Of a DNA stretch of 64,000 nt, positions 17,864-26,706 are shown piece after piece. The notes beneath the pieces were generated by a model. That model saw nothing but the letters and a program-made list of their open reading frames with translations. It made no database searches and was not told the DNA's origin. The stretch comes from an uncultured Candidatus Saccharibacteria bacterium. Lineage in GTDB: Bacteria; Patescibacteriota; Dojkabacteria; J137. Position numbers and translations under genes: made by a program. The DNA is taken from assembly GCA_964414295.1 (NCBI GenBank), contig CAYPVU010000031.1, forward strand, positions 17,885 to 81,884, given 5' to 3'. The number at the start of each line of letters is the position of its first letter. Positions within the stretch are counted from its first letter, which is position 1.

Positions 17864-18371
17864 TATTTATTATTTCTTTTAATTTAGTAAAAGCTCTATT
17901 AATTGCAACTTTTGTTGCATCGTAGCTTTTATTAATCAATTGCGAAACTTCTTCTATTGTTAATTCATTATAAAATCTTAAAATAATTAAATCCCTATCA
18001 TTTTCTGATAAAAGACTTAGCCTACTATATATATACTCAATCAGAACCTGATTGGTAACAGACTTTTCAACATTCTCATCATTATTAATTAAATTATCAA
18101 AATCTTGAGTGAGTGGAGTAGATATTGATCTTTTTTTTGAGTAATCAAAACATAATGATCGCGCAATAGAAACAAGCCAAGTCTTAAGAGAGGCTTTTTG
18201 GGGATTAAAGGTGTGTTTATATTTCCAAGCCCGTATAAAGGTATCTTGAGTTAAATCTTCTGCAATTTCTTTAGAGTTAAAGAAGACATATACATATTTA
18301 TATACAAGTCTATTGTATTGTATAAATGCTATTTCTAAATCAGTTTGTGTTTCTAAGCGTTGTACTGCCAA
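17850..18371 (-). CDS. ECF RNA polymerase sigma factor
   Basis: AEDLTQDTFIRAW, KTWLVSIAR (region 2); LTIEEVSQLI (region 4). Confidence 0.93.
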   Translation of the reverse strand: MAVQRLETQTDLEIAFIQYNRLVYKYVYVFFNSKEIAEDLTQDTFIRAWKYKHTFNPQKASLKTWLVSIARSLCFDYSKKRSISTPLTQDFDNLINNDENVEKSVTNQVLIEYIYSRLSLLSENDRDLIILRFYNELTIEEVSQLINKSYDATKVAINRAFTKLKEIINNENK

Positions 18372-18411
18372 ACAAATGTAATTAACTTCTCCTATTCTAC
18401 AAGAAAATCAA

Positions 18412-19761
18412 TTACCTTGTAACTTGAAAGCTTTTTACTTGTTCTAAAATAGATTTTGCATTAGCATCATTTTCAAAATGATCTCTTACAGGTTGTAATA
18501 ACTCATTTAAGTATTTAATTACAGCCAACTTTAAGTCTAGCGGGAATAGTTCCTTATTTTTAAATGCTGTTTCTAATTCTTCAAAGTTTGAATATTCAAC
18601 ATCTCCACCAAATCTATCTTCTCTTTCTACTAAAAACTTTCCATTTACTAGTAAAGGAGTTTTCCTTTTTAAGTAATTTGCTTGGAATATGATTTGTTTA
18701 CAATAATCTAAGATAGGATTATCTTCTATTATTCCTTCAGGACAATAAGCTTTCATAATCTTAGATTTAACTTCATCTGCAGAATCAGTCATAAAGATAG
18801 CTGTATCTGGTTTTGATTTACTCATTTTCATAGAAATTAATCTTTCAGGAGTACTTTCTAATACTTCTAGAACTCCATCAACCAAAAAAGATACATCCAT
18901 ATCAAAGAATTTAGCCTTTTCTCCTTTATGCAATACTACATTTCTTTTATCATCACCGTTTTTAGCAACAAATTCTATTTCTACATGATCATCTGCTAAA
19001 TTTTTCAAAACTATATTAGCTTTTGATGCAGAGTAGAGAACAGATTCACTACCATTCTGTAATTGAATCACAACTCTTTTTTTGTCTAGGGGTTTTTGTA
19101 ATCCTTGCAACATTCCATGACTTACAATTACTGGCTTCCAGAATCCAATATCTTCGCCTATTTCTCTTGCGACGATATTTACTTTCCTTTGGTCTAAACC
19201 TAGTTGAGTCACTTGACATTTCATTACTCCAAAAATATCTGCAATTTGCATACAAGGGTAGAGTATTTGTGCAGCAGATAATTCATCGTTTTCACTTCTT
19301 CCCATTATTTCTGTTGTCCTTAAAGCTCTTTTTAGAGTTACAGACTTAGCAACTTTCATAACTAACTCCCAGTACCATCGCTGACTTACAAAATCTGAAG
19401 TCCACAAAAACTCTGTTTTATCTAAATTCATTCCGCTGGCTTTCCATATTTCAATAAAGTACTGACCTACCACCTTAATCTTTTCTAAATCACCACCCAT
19501 TTTATTGTTTAAGTATCCAAACCAATCAGCAACCCACATTTTAAAAGTAAACCCAGCATCAATCATTTTATTTGTATTGATGGCTCTAATTATTCCTTGC
19601 GCAATATGCATTTGGCCTGATGGTTCAAATCCATCGTAAGTAAATAAAGGTTCGTTGGACTCTAATATTTTTTTAAGCTCGTCTGCACCAATTATTTCAC
19701 CTCCATTTTCTGCTATAGATTTAATCAATGCTATTCGTTCTTCAATTGTTAAGTTGTTCAT
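18412..19761 (-). CDS. tyrS: Tyrosine--tRNA ligase, archaeal/eukaryotic type, with insertion before KMSKS
   Basis: YDGFEPSGQMHIAQG, YPCMQIADI, LGLDQRK, KMSKS, AYCPEG; no S4 domain. Confidence 0.95.
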   Translation of the reverse strand: MNNLTIEERIALIKSIAENGGEIIGADELKKILESNEPLFTYDGFEPSGQMHIAQGIIRAINTNKMIDAGFTFKMWVADWFGYLNNKMGGDLEKIKVVGQYFIEIWKASGMNLDKTEFLWTSDFVSQRWYWELVMKVAKSVTLKRALRTTEIMGRSENDELSAAQILYPCMQIADIFGVMKCQVTQLGLDQRKVNIVAREIGEDIGFWKPVIVSHGMLQGLQKPLDKKRVVIQLQNGSESVLYSASKANIVLKNLADDHVEIEFVAKNGDDKRNVVLHKGEKAKFFDMDVSFLVDGVLEVLESTPERLISMKMSKSKPDTAIFMTDSADEVKSKIMKAYCPEGIIEDNPILDYCKQIIFQANYLKRKTPLLVNGKFLVEREDRFGGDVEYSNFEELETAFKNKELFPLDLKLAVIKYLNELLQPVRDHFENDANAKSILEQVKSFQVTR

Positions 19762-19775
19762 ATTATTAATTTAAA

Positions 19776-20507
19776 TTAATTTAATTTTAAGCTTTCTTCT
19801 ATTTCAGTTAAAGCTTTTAAAAACTTATTCCGCATTTCTAAAGAATAAGGATTATATATCTGCATATCTCTAAAAAGCGTACTAGTATCGTTTTCAACGC
19901 TAAGTTGATTATACAATATTCCATTAAAACCTTTTGTAGTTATTTGATTAGCTCTAACATTAAGTTTTATGCCTATTTTACCTATCAAAAAAGCAAATGC
20001 TTGAGTATAAGCAGCCTGTTTATCGTGTTCTTCAGGAGTCATTTCAACTAAGTTTAGTCCTAAGGATTTTAGAAAGGTTGATATCTGTTCCAATCGTTGT
20101 TCGTTTGTAATTCGAACCTTAGAATAAATAAAATTTAAATCTCTAAAGTTATTTCCACTATCAGTACTATCAGGTCCAAACATAGGATGAGTTGCCAAAA
20201 TTTCAATGTTAGTATTTAAGTTTTCTAACATGATGTTTACTGGGTAAGTTTTAACAGAACAAATTTCAATTAAAAGAGTGGTAGGTTTTAGAATAGAGCT
20301 AATTTGTTTAATAACTTCTTCAAACCTAGAAATTGGTACACAAGGTATAACAATATCTGAATTACATACTTCCTCTAATCTAAAGAACTTTTGATTATCT
20401 ATTTTATGTTCTGGTTCAAATACTTTAATTAAACACTTTGTATGTAAAGAAAGCGTATTAAAAACTAAATTGCCAAATCTTCCATTTCCAATAATTCCAA
20501 TATTCAT
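19776..20507 (-). CDS. tyrA: Prephenate/arogenate dehydrogenase
   Basis: GNGRFG Rossmann, ICSVK, THPMFGP, EEHD..AAYTQ. Confidence 0.92.
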   Translation of the reverse strand: MNIGIIGNGRFGNLVFNTLSLHTKCLIKVFEPEHKIDNQKFFRLEEVCNSDIVIPCVPISRFEEVIKQISSILKPTTLLIEICSVKTYPVNIMLENLNTNIEILATHPMFGPDSTDSGNNFRDLNFIYSKVRITNEQRLEQISTFLKSLGLNLVEMTPEEHDKQAAYTQAFAFLIGKIGIKLNVRANQITTKGFNGILYNQLSVENDTSTLFRDMQIYNPYSLEMRNKFLKALTEIEESLKLN

Positions 20508-20536
20508 GTATTTAATATAAAAAGTAAAAAGGGTAT

Positions 20537-20561
20537 AAAAAAAAACCCGCTTTCGCGGGTT
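20537..20561 (-). terminator. Attenuator terminator (3:4 hairpin) upstream of tyrA
   Basis: mRNA AACCCGC-GAAA-GCGGGUU followed by U-run. Confidence 0.9.
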
Positions 20562-20588
20562 AAGTTGTTATATGAAGATATACGACTA

Positions 20589-20648
20589 TTACCCGCAATA
20601 AGAAAGGTAATAATAGTAATAATTGTTAGTTCTATTTAATTTATTCAT
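20589..20648 (-). CDS. Tyr-rich leader peptide of tyrA-tyrS operon (MNKLNRTNNYYYYYLSYCG)
   Basis: 19 codons with five consecutive Tyr codons plus one more, between a consensus promoter and a terminator. Confidence 0.9.
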   Translation of the reverse strand: MNKLNRTNNYYYYYLSYCG

Positions 20649-20657
20649 TTAGAAATG

Positions 20658-20686
20658 ATTATATAATGAGCTCTTTTCTATTTCAA
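20658..20686 (-). promoter_or_regulatory. sigma70 promoter of the tyr leader
   Basis: TTGAAA-17 nt-TATAAT, 9 nt before the leader ATG. Confidence 0.8.
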
Positions 20687-20732
20687 ATTTATGTAATAAT
20701 AGAAATCAGACATAAAATGTTAAAAAATAGAA

Positions 20733-21692
20733 ATGAACTTAACAGATATAGTACTTTATATATCTGCCTTCCTTCTAATTTGGGTAGGGTCAGGATTAAC
20801 AGTTAAATCTATAGAAAATATTGCTAAAAGATTAAAGCTAAATACTTTTATAGTTTCATTTGTTATTTTAGGAGTCTTTACTTCACTTCCAGAAATATTT
20901 TTAGCAATAAATTCTACTATAGACGGAGAACCGGAAGTTTCAGCAGGCAACCTCTTGGGAGGAATAATTGTGCTGTTTTTATTATTAATACCTTTAATTG
21001 CCATTGCTGGCAAAGGCGCAAAGATAATAAAAGATATTGGAAAAACCAAATTACTAATGTCCTTAATTGTAATTGCCTTACCATCAATACTTTTAGTAGA
21101 TAGATTTGTAGGATTTTTAGAAGGTTTAATATTTTTAGCTGCTTATTCAAGCCTTATATTTTTTGTAGAGAAAAAAGAGGAATCTCCAAAACTAGAAACA
21201 AAAAAGACAAAGCCTCGAAAGACAAGAGGATTTTCTTGGAAAGTTTCTTTTGGAAAACTAGTTTTAGGAAGTGTATTAATATTTATATCTAGCAATATAA
21301 TCTTAGATAATACATTAAAACTAGCTGAAGCTCTTCATGTATCACCTTTTCTAATAAGCTTATTCTTAATATCAATAGGGACTAATTTACCTGAATTCAC
21401 AGTAGGAATTAGATCAATTCTAATGCACGACAAGAACTTAGCATTAGGCAATTACGTTGGTTCTGCAGCTGCCAATACTTTATTATTTGGGTTTTTAACT
21501 TTAATAAATTCTAATGGGATTCTTATTCAAGACACAAAAATAACGCTTACTTTAGTATTGATAATAATATCTTTAATAGTGTTCTATTTATTTACAGTTT
21601 CTAAGAAGATATTATCTAGAAGAGAAGGGGCAATATTACTACTATTTTATATAGTGTTTTGCATATTTGAGCTTACAGGCTTAAAGTTTTAA
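20733..21692 (+). CDS. Sodium:calcium antiporter (CaCA, YrbG-like)
   Basis: Two alpha repeats TSLPE..GN and GTNLPE..GN; about 10 TMs. Confidence 0.9.
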   Translation: MNLTDIVLYISAFLLIWVGSGLTVKSIENIAKRLKLNTFIVSFVILGVFTSLPEIFLAINSTIDGEPEVSAGNLLGGIIVLFLLLIPLIAIAGKGAKIIKDIGKTKLLMSLIVIALPSILLVDRFVGFLEGLIFLAAYSSLIFFVEKKEESPKLETKKTKPRKTRGFSWKVSFGKLVLGSVLIFISSNIILDNTLKLAEALHVSPFLISLFLISIGTNLPEFTVGIRSILMHDKNLALGNYVGSAAANTLLFGFLTLINSNGILIQDTKITLTLVLIIISLIVFYLFTVSKKILSRREGAILLLFYIVFCIFELTGLKF

Positions 21693-22129
21693 AAGTGTAC
21701 TGTTGAAGTTCTATTTTCGAGCATTCCGTTTAAATTCTCTTCACCTATAACCTCTAGAATAGATTTGCCTACTAATAGGTCTTTATCTTCTGCTTGTATA
21801 ATATAAATACCGGTATGGTCATCACCTATTCCAATTTCATCCTCAGCTAAAAGCATAGAATCCGATTCTAGGTTTCTTAGCATCCTTTTACCTAAAACAA
21901 CTTTTTCTCCTTGTTTTAGTAAATACCCCGGAACAGTATTTCCTTCACCAAGATATGGAATTAAATCTCCTTCTTTCATATTGCTTGCACCTGTAATAAC
22001 AACCTTAGCTTTCCCACCCATATCAATTACTACTAAGTTTAATTTATCTGCATAAGGGTGTTTTAAAACTGCAATTACCTTAACAATAGTAATAGGTGAT
22101 AAAAGGGATTTTAATTCGTCTAAATTCAT
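21689..22129 (-). CDS. Stand-alone tRNA-binding OB-fold (PheT B2/YtpR-like)
   Basis: HPYADKL...VITGASN...ESDSMLLAEDEIGI. Confidence 0.8.
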   Translation of the reverse strand: MNLDELKSLLSPITIVKVIAVLKHPYADKLNLVVIDMGGKAKVVITGASNMKEGDLIPYLGEGNTVPGYLLKQGEKVVLGKRMLRNLESDSMLLAEDEIGIGDDHTGIYIIQAEDKDLLVGKSILEVIGEENLNGMLENRTSTVHF

Positions 22130-22160
22130 AGGATTTATTTAATATTTACTAATTTTAGCA

Positions 22161-22712
22161 TTAATGCCATTGATATTTAGAAGGATGCTTTCTTACAAGA
22201 CTAATTTCTCTATAAACATCAATAAATAAGACTAAAGATAAGAATAGAGTAGCGGCTGTAGTAACAATGCCAATCCAGCTATAACTTTTTTCAGCAATTA
22301 TATTTATCCATATTAAAAAGTTGCTTAATACCATAAAGATCCACCATCCTCCCGCCATTCCATAAACTGTATAAGAATCTTTAATTAAGTTTAAAAGATT
22401 AAACTTTGCCAAACTTAAAATTACCATTTCTGATGGATGAGTATTATGAAGATAAATAGTTCTAAATACTGCAATAGAAAAAAAGAAAGCTACTACAATA
22501 TACATAAATAGATCTGAATAGGCTGTTACAGTAATAACATCTTCAGCTCTTAAAACGGTTGAAACTGCAAAAACAGAAGTAGAGTAATCTCTTAAAGACC
22601 AAGCAATATTGAAAATTCTAATTGTTATAAGAATTCCCAAAAACTTAGATAATATTAATACTGCTGCTGGCAACAGGGAATAATCCAGTAAATTTACTAA
22701 TGTTTTAGACAT
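22161..22712 (-). CDS. Hypothetical membrane protein
   Basis: About 4 TM segments. Confidence 0.75.
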   Translation of the reverse strand: MSKTLVNLLDYSLLPAAVLILSKFLGILITIRIFNIAWSLRDYSTSVFAVSTVLRAEDVITVTAYSDLFMYIVVAFFFSIAVFRTIYLHNTHPSEMVILSLAKFNLLNLIKDSYTVYGMAGGWWIFMVLSNFLIWINIIAEKSYSWIGIVTTAATLFLSLVLFIDVYREISLVRKHPSKYQWH

Positions 22713-22749
22713 GTAGATATTTTATAGCAAAAACCAAATCAAACCAATA

Positions 22750-23010
22750 TTAAAGAGATTTGATCATTCTTGCAAGCTGAGCTTTGTATCTTGCAGCTGT
22801 GTTTTTATGAATTACATTTCCTTTTACAGCTTTATCTATTGATTGATATGCTGCTGGAAGTAATTTTTCTGCAGAAGTTTTATCTTTGTTTGTGATAGCC
22901 TTAAATACAGCTTTTCTGTCTTCCTTGTATTGTCTATTTTTTCTAAGGTTAATGATTCTTTTTCTTTCTGATACTCTAATTGCCTTTTTTGCTGAACTTG
23001 TATTTGCCAT
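22750..23010 (-). CDS. rpsT: 30S ribosomal protein S20
   Basis: MANTSSAKKAIR...IDKAVK..VIHKNTAARYK. Confidence 0.97.
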   Translation of the reverse strand: MANTSSAKKAIRVSERKRIINLRKNRQYKEDRKAVFKAITNKDKTSAEKLLPAAYQSIDKAVKGNVIHKNTAARYKAQLARMIKSL

Positions 23011-23148
23011 ATATAAAATTTATCTAATTAATCGTTAAGCAGGAGAATTTTAGCAGAGAATTTAATAAATTAAAAGCATTAAAATCAAATTAGATGAGCT
23101 TCTGAGCAAGATTTAGGGTAAAATTTATTGATATTTTTATTAAATCCT

Positions 23149-23994
23149 ATGCATATTAGTGAATTAATGCCTAAAAATGGCCTTTTTGACTCCCATACTC
23201 ACCTAATATTTAGAGAGTACCCTCTAAATATGGACGAAATTATAGAAAAAAGCAGAGGTTTGGGGTTAACTACTATATTAAATGTCTGTACTGATCTAGA
23301 AACATCAATGCAGGCACCTGAATTATCAAAAACCTATAACGGATATGTGAAAAGCTTTATTGGAATAGATCCTCAAGAAGTAATACCAAATCCTGAGCAT
23401 TTTATGGGTTTGGATGTAACAGATGAGCAAATTCAGGAATTAAAAAGTAAAATAGAAGCTCTTTATTCAGCGAATAAAGAGAGTGTAATAGGTATTGGTG
23501 AAACTGGCATGGACTTTTTTTGGATAAAAGAATTAGACCAAACTACTCAAGAAAAGTCTAAAAGACTTCAGCAAAAACTATATGTAATTCACTTAGAAAT
23601 GGCAGAAAAATATAATCTTCCTCTAACTATTCATTCTAGAGGTGCAGAAACTGAATGTTTAGAGGTACTAAAACAAAATACTACTAATACAAAAGGGATT
23701 TTCCATTCATTTACAGGAACTTACGAACAAGCTAAGGCTATTCTTGATTCCGGAAATGGCTTAGGAGTGAATGGAATAGTAACTTTTAGAAATGCAAATA
23801 GTTTAAGAGAAACTTATAAAAGAATATTAGGGATAGTTAAAGATACAGAAGATCCAAGCTACTTTTATAAAAAGGGAATCTTTTTTGAGACTGACGCACC
23901 TTTTTTAAGTCCAGAAGGAAAGAGAGGAGAAATAAATTATCCCTATAACGTAACTGACATTTATAAGATATTTACCGAGTTTCTTAGCCATTAA
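23149..23994 (+). CDS. tatD: TatD-family hydrolase
   Basis: DSHTHL, IGETGMD, IHSR, FHSF, ETDAP. Confidence 0.92.
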   Translation: MHISELMPKNGLFDSHTHLIFREYPLNMDEIIEKSRGLGLTTILNVCTDLETSMQAPELSKTYNGYVKSFIGIDPQEVIPNPEHFMGLDVTDEQIQELKSKIEALYSANKESVIGIGETGMDFFWIKELDQTTQEKSKRLQQKLYVIHLEMAEKYNLPLTIHSRGAETECLEVLKQNTTNTKGIFHSFTGTYEQAKAILDSGNGLGVNGIVTFRNANSLRETYKRILGIVKDTEDPSYFYKKGIFFETDAPFLSPEGKRGEINYPYNVTDIYKIFTEFLSH

Positions 23995-24054
23995 CCATGG
24001 GTCTTTGATTATCTGTAAATAAATTGCTAAACTTTCGGTATTAAAAGCCTTTTT

Positions 24055-25239
24055 ATGAAAAAACTAAAAATTGCATATGTAATTCAAAGATTCCATCCTT
24101 TTAAAGGAGGTGCTGAACAAAATACCTATGCCTTGGCCTATAGAATGGGAAAAGAAGAGCAGGATGTAACAGTAGTAACTACAAATGTAAAATTTAGAAA
24201 TGAAAAACTTCCAACCCAAGAGACTTACAATGGTTTAAAGATTATTAGAAATTGGGCTTTAAATGAACAATTATACGCAGGTTTTTACCCTGGATTACTA
24301 CCATATCTTCTAAAAAATAGGTTTGATGTAATACATGCCTCTGGAATTGGATTTTTATGGAGAGAATTTTGTTTAATTATAAAAAGACTATTTTCTAGAA
24401 AAACTAAATTTATAGTAACTCCTCATGGACCTTTTATGGCTGTAAATAACTCAAAAGGGTTTAGAGGTTTTGCTAAGAAGGCTTATACATTTGTTTTAAG
24501 ATTATTTATTCCATGGCTATATGATGTTGTGATTGCAGTAAATCCTAAACAGATTGAATGGATGACAAAGGAATATAAAATAAATCCTAAAAAGATCTTT
24601 ATTTTGCCAAACGGTATAGATGCTGAATATATAGAAGAAGAACTTTATGAACACGAAGAGGCAGATAAAGTAGTTATTACATATATGAATAGACATGAAT
24701 GGTACAAAGGAATCCATAATGTAATTGAAGCAATAAAAAGAATAAGAGATGGAAATTTAACCGATAAGAAGTTTGAATTCTGGATTATGGGTAGAGCAGG
24801 CAACTATACTCCTAAACTAACACAGTTAGTAGAAGAGAATAATTTGGGTGAATATGTAAAGTTCATATTTTCACCTAGTGATGAGGAAAGAGATAGAATT
24901 TTCTACGAAGAATCTCAAATAAATATATTACCTAGTAATTGGGAAGCAACAGGCATAACTTTAATTGAAGCAATGGCTAAGGGAAATGTATTAGTTACTA
25001 CACATCAAAACGAAGCAGCGGAAATTATAATAAAGGAAGAAGAAAATGGTTATATATATAATTATACAGATATAGACAGGTTAACTGAAATTCTAACTAC
25101 CTTAATTAATAACTATAAGTTAAGACAACAGATAAGAAAAAATAATCTTGAAGCAGCAAAAGATTTTACCTGGGAAGCAATATTCCCTGAGTACTTAGCA
25201 TTAATTGAAAGTCTAACAGGTACGGTAAAAAAAGATTAA
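24055..25239 (+). CDS. Glycosyltransferase family 4
   Basis: GGAE, PNGID, KG, EATGITLIEAMA. Confidence 0.92.
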   Translation: MKKLKIAYVIQRFHPFKGGAEQNTYALAYRMGKEEQDVTVVTTNVKFRNEKLPTQETYNGLKIIRNWALNEQLYAGFYPGLLPYLLKNRFDVIHASGIGFLWREFCLIIKRLFSRKTKFIVTPHGPFMAVNNSKGFRGFAKKAYTFVLRLFIPWLYDVVIAVNPKQIEWMTKEYKINPKKIFILPNGIDAEYIEEELYEHEEADKVVITYMNRHEWYKGIHNVIEAIKRIRDGNLTDKKFEFWIMGRAGNYTPKLTQLVEENNLGEYVKFIFSPSDEERDRIFYEESQINILPSNWEATGITLIEAMAKGNVLVTTHQNEAAEIIIKEEENGYIYNYTDIDRLTEILTTLINNYKLRQQIRKNNLEAAKDFTWEAIFPEYLALIESLTGTVKKD

Positions 25240-25943
25240 TTTGTTTTCTTTACTACCTTTATAACTCCAGTATAATCAGCATTTATAGCATTTAAGACTT
25301 CCTGTGCTACCACTTGGGGGCTTATAGAATCTTTAATATATTCTGGAAAAAACTTTCTATAAGCTGCTGTAGATGTGTCAGAAGGAGAAATACAGTTTAC
25401 CTTTATACTTTTTGATTTAACTTCTTCAGATAATCCTATAGTTAGATCTTCAATTGCTTTTTTAGAAACATAGTAAGGGAGCCATCCTTTAGCTCCATTT
25501 TCAAAGGTTCCGGAAATGTTAATAATACTTGAATCTTTTGGCATTATATCTATTAAACCATGAGTTAGAATTACCGGCGCCATAATTCCTACATTCATAG
25601 TATCGATTACAGTTTTTTGTTCAAAAGTAGAGTAGTCTTTATTGGCAAAAGCTTCGCTATCTGAATGCCAAATAGCAGCACAATTTACTAATACATTTAA
25701 ACTTTCATTATTTTTTCTAAATAAAACAATAAAGTCTTTAACCTGCTGAATAATAGAAAGATCAATCTGATATACTTCAGCCTCTCCGCCAGATTCTTCT
25801 ATACTTTTTTTAACTTTCTCTAGTTTTTCTAAATTCCTGCTTAATAAATAAACTTTATATCCTTCTTTAGCTAATTCAGTAGATATATGCTTACCAATAC
25901 CAGTACTCGCGCCAGTAACGATTGCTATTTTTTTATTATCCAT
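25236..25943 (-). CDS. SDR-family oxidoreductase
   Basis: TGASTGIG, YYVSK catalytic motif. Confidence 0.92.
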   Translation of the reverse strand: MDNKKIAIVTGASTGIGKHISTELAKEGYKVYLLSRNLEKLEKVKKSIEESGGEAEVYQIDLSIIQQVKDFIVLFRKNNESLNVLVNCAAIWHSDSEAFANKDYSTFEQKTVIDTMNVGIMAPVILTHGLIDIMPKDSSIINISGTFENGAKGWLPYYVSKKAIEDLTIGLSEEVKSKSIKVNCISPSDTSTAAYRKFFPEYIKDSISPQVVAQEVLNAINADYTGVIKVVKKTN

Positions 25944-25995
25944 AAGGTTGTTTATTAAATCCTGTTATAATTTAAACAAATTTTAACACTTATGA

Positions 25996-26706
25996 ATGGC
26001 TAAATTAATATTAGTGGGTCTTCCATTAGGAAATATAGAAGATATTAGTTTTAGAGTACTGAATAGCTTGTTTTCTGCCGACTGCATTGCTGCAGAAGAT
26101 ACTAGGAATTACCTAAAGATAAAATCTATAGTAAAACAGAGATATTCAGAGACTTTTAAAGAAATTGATTTTGATAAAAGACCTGAATTAATTTCGTATA
26201 GAGCGCAAAATCATACAAACTCTTCTAAAAGAATAATAGAAAGAATTTTAAGTGGAGTAGATGTATATTTAATGAGTGATGCAGGAATGCCTGCAATATC
26301 TGATCCTGGATTTAGATTAGTAGAGGAATGCATACAAAATAATATAGAAGTAGATGTATTGCCTTCGGCTACTGCAGTAGATACAGCTTTAGTTTTATCT
26401 GGATTACCTACGGATAAGTTTTGTTTTATAGGCTTTTTATCTAGACAGGAATCTAAAATAGTAAGGTCCATAGAAAGTGCAAGAGAATTTACAGTTGTAT
26501 TTTACGAATCTCCTTATAGGATTAAAAAATCATTAGAGATAATAGCAAAGAATTATCCAGAAGCTAGAGTAGCTTTATGTAATGATTTAACAAAAAAGTT
26601 TCAAAAGATAATAAGAGGAAGTATTAGTGAGGTATTAAAAGAACTTGAAACAACTAAAGTTCAGGGTGAGTGGGTAGGAGTTTTAAGAGTTGAATCTGTA
26701 AGTTAA
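25996..26706 (+). CDS. rsmI: 16S rRNA C1402 2'-O-methyltransferase
   Basis: PLGNIEDIS, AAEDTR, SDAGMPAISDPG, FYESPYR. Confidence 0.95.
   Translation: MAKLILVGLPLGNIEDISFRVLNSLFSADCIAAEDTRNYLKIKSIVKQRYSETFKEIDFDKRPELISYRAQNHTNSSKRIIERILSGVDVYLMSDAGMPAISDPGFRLVEECIQNNIEVDVLPSATAVDTALVLSGLPTDKFCFIGFLSRQESKIVRSIESAREFTVVFYESPYRIKKSLEIIAKNYPEARVALCNDLTKKFQKIIRGSISEVLKELETTKVQGEWVGVLRVESVS

Noticed and set aside
18850-19085. TyrRS insert as an intein
   Set aside because: Too short and lacks the N-terminal Cys/Ser and C-terminal His-Asn signatures.
20508-20732. T-box riboswitch upstream of tyrA-tyrS
   Set aside because: No UGGNACC T-box motif or stem I; the leader-peptide model explains the region.
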